The notes below the pieces were generated by a model. The model had not been told where the DNA came from. It worked only from the letters and a program-made list of their open reading frames with translations, and searched no databases. The translations under genes were made by a program, and so were the position numbers. This document shows positions 16,886 to 18,459 of a stretch of 18,459 bases of DNA, in pieces. Every line of letters starts with the position of its first letter. Position 1 is the first letter of the stretch. Origin of the DNA: Elusimicrobiota bacterium (GTDB lineage Bacteria > Elusimicrobiota > Elusimicrobia > UBA1565 > UBA9628); contig DAHVNA010000038.1 in assembly GCA_027319565.1 (NCBI GenBank), forward strand, positions 1-18,459, written 5' to 3'.

Positions 16886-18046
16886 ATGAATAGAAAAAAG
16901 ATTACTTGCGCATTATTACTAATCGCGTTTGGCGCGGCTTCTCTTTACGCTCAAATTCCGGGGCTCATCAACTTCCAGGGAAAACTTTTAGATACCAGCA
17001 ACAATCCCAAAAATGGGACATTTAGCATGGTCTTTTCTATTTACAATGTCGCGACTGGAGGAAGCTCTCTTTGGACTGAAACTCAGCCCAGCGTTTCCGT
17101 CACGAACGGAGTCTTCTCAGTTCAACTTGGCGCCGTTACGCCTATTCCTCAAAGCGTCTTTGTCAGTTCCCCCACCTACTTAGAAGTAGATATCGCTGGT
17201 CAAACTGGAAGCCCGAGGCAAGAATTGGTGACAAGCCCTTACGCTTTTTCCTCAGGACAGGCCGACACAGCGACCGTCGCTTTAACCGCCGAAAATCTCG
17301 TTCCGGGAAATAATAATTACATTCAAAATACTCAAAGCCTTCAATCCGGCGCGGTTTTCCATGTTTCGAGCGCGACCATTGGCGGTCCTTTTGTCGCGAC
17401 GGGCACCGTAACCCTGGGAAGCGCGGCCGGGGCAGTGACGCTCAGCAGCAATACGACGATTTCAGGAAATCTCACGGTCAACGGCGCGGGACCGCAGTCT
17501 TTTACGGGAAATATTTTGGTTTTGGGAAACGCGCAAATTAATGGCGGCAATCTCAATGATTCCGGCGGCACAAGCCGAATTATTTTGGGCGATCCCTTGA
17601 CCATCAACGCTCCCACTACGGGAATTGCCGTGCCTAATGGCCAACCGGGAGTCTTGTTTAGCACCAGCGTGTTTTTTAACGGAACTCCCAACGGCGACAA
17701 TTATATCGCCTATCCTTTTACCGCGCAAAATACCATCGCTTTTGGAAACGCCGTTATTTTGCAAGGTGGTGGCGTTGCCGCTGCGGCAGCAAATAGCAGC
17801 GCGCTCTCCGCTGGGTTTGCCGTTACTTCGGCAACCGCCGGCCAAACAGTCTGGGTCGCGGCGACGGGAATTTTTGGTGAGGCTGTTTCCGCAGGAACTG
17901 TGGCCATTGGAGCTCGCGTTTGCACATCCACGACTCTTGGGGAAGTGATATCCTGCGGCACCGCCGGCGCCCCTATCGGAAAGGCCATCACCGGAACAAC
18001 CGGAGCGGGACAGACTTTCTCGGTTCTCATCTGGCAGGGAAACTAA
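16886..18046 (+). CDS. Secreted Gly/Thr/Ser/Asn-rich fibre/adhesin-like protein (386 aa)
   Basis: ATG 16886 follows AAGGAAAGG. Sec signal peptide MNRKKITCALLLIAFGAASLYA|Q. N-domain INFQGKL...LWTETQ...NGVFSVQLG...PRQELVTSPYAF, then a beta-rich low-charge stalk and a small-residue C-domain. Confidence 0.85.
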   Translation: MNRKKITCALLLIAFGAASLYAQIPGLINFQGKLLDTSNNPKNGTFSMVFSIYNVATGGSSLWTETQPSVSVTNGVFSVQLGAVTPIPQSVFVSSPTYLEVDIAGQTGSPRQELVTSPYAFSSGQADTATVALTAENLVPGNNNYIQNTQSLQSGAVFHVSSATIGGPFVATGTVTLGSAAGAVTLSSNTTISGNLTVNGAGPQSFTGNILVLGNAQINGGNLNDSGGTSRIILGDPLTINAPTTGIAVPNGQPGVLFSTSVFFNGTPNGDNYIAYPFTAQNTIAFGNAVILQGGGVAAAAANSSALSAGFAVTSATAGQTVWVAATGIFGEAVSAGTVAIGARVCTSTTLGEVISCGTAGAPIGKAITGTTGAGQTFSVLIWQGN

Positions 18047-18069
18047 AAAAAGGATCAGTCCCCCTTTTT
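18047..18069 (+). terminator. Weak terminator-like inverted repeat after the fibre gene
   Basis: AAAAAGG-atcagtccc-CCTTTTT directly after the TAA stop; the GC stem is very short. Confidence 0.35.
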
Positions 18070-18188
18070 CCATTTCTATTGAGGCCGTTTTAACAATACT
18101 CCCAAAATAGCGTTAAAATTGGGATCATGATCCGGTGCCTCTGCCGCCTTGGAAACAGGCCTTCCAAAAGATTGGATTTGAATTCTAA

Positions 18189-18228
18189 TTTGTGAATTTA
18201 ATTTCGCATTAAATTCGCGAGACTTTTT
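18189..18228 (+). terminator. Hairpin followed by a T tract (terminator/attenuator or operator)
   Basis: Perfect GAATTTAAT-ttcgc-ATTAAATTC (18194-18216), extended by G-C and G-U pairs to 18189/18221, then acTTTTT. Confidence 0.45.
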
Positions 18229-18284
18229 CCACAAAAAGCGGCATACTTCCTAATACGCGCGCGCGTCTTAAATTAATAGAATCT

Positions 18285-18459
18285 ATGGAGCCGATGAATC
18301 AACGAACAAGTTTTTCTATTCCGTCAAGGATGCGGACAATCCTATCGGAGGAGATGTCCGTAAAAAGCATCAGGCGGGAATTGCTTAATCTAAGCTATAA
18401 ATACAGTCTAACCGAAAAGCCTGAGCGCGTCAAAAGAATTTGGAAGCAAAACGAAAGCG
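18285..18459 (+). CDS. Partial hypothetical protein, open to the window end
   Basis: Frame open from ATG 18285 (MEPMNQRTSFSIPSRMRTILSEEMSVKSIRRELLNLSYKYSLTEKPERVKRIWKQNES...). Several alternative ATGs; no recognisable motif. Confidence 0.45.
   Translation, partial: MEPMNQRTSFSIPSRMRTILSEEMSVKSIRRELLNLSYKYSLTEKPERVKRIWKQNES

Noticed and set aside
17341..18073. Minus-strand ORFs (119, 203 and 106 aa) opposite the fibre gene
   Set aside because: Explained by the Gly/Ala/Thr codon bias, which leaves few antisense stops; no independent coding signal.

Overview
Bacterial core-genome window. Bases ~63-15125 are one almost gap-free minus-strand run: rpsB-tsf-pyrH-frr-uppS-cdsA-dxr-rseP-proS, a small REP-like palindrome cluster, tRNA-Lys(CTT) and tRNA-Leu(TAG), then tig-clpP-lon (no clpX), a class V PLP aminotransferase, an ABC ATPase and what looks like the broken 5' stub of its permease at the window edge. 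Diverging on the plus strand are a lipoprotein, an OmpR-family regulator with a degenerate receiver domain, a secreted fibre-like protein, a palindrome-rich spacer and a partial ORF. The most notable observations are: (i) a remodelled proteostasis operon, with a Ser-His-Asn ClpP, no ClpX, ClpP coupled to Lon and an eroded trigger-factor PPIase site; (ii) a signal-peptide protein that joins a fibre-adhesin-type N-domain to a phage capsid-decoration-like C-domain, next to a probably non-phosphorylatable regulator; (iii) a DXR with substitutions at normally conserved substrate-site residues. All family assignments come from motif recognition by eye; no searches were run. The lineage cannot be fixed from this window. 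The style suggests a poorly cultured group such as Elusimicrobiota, but that is an unverified guess.
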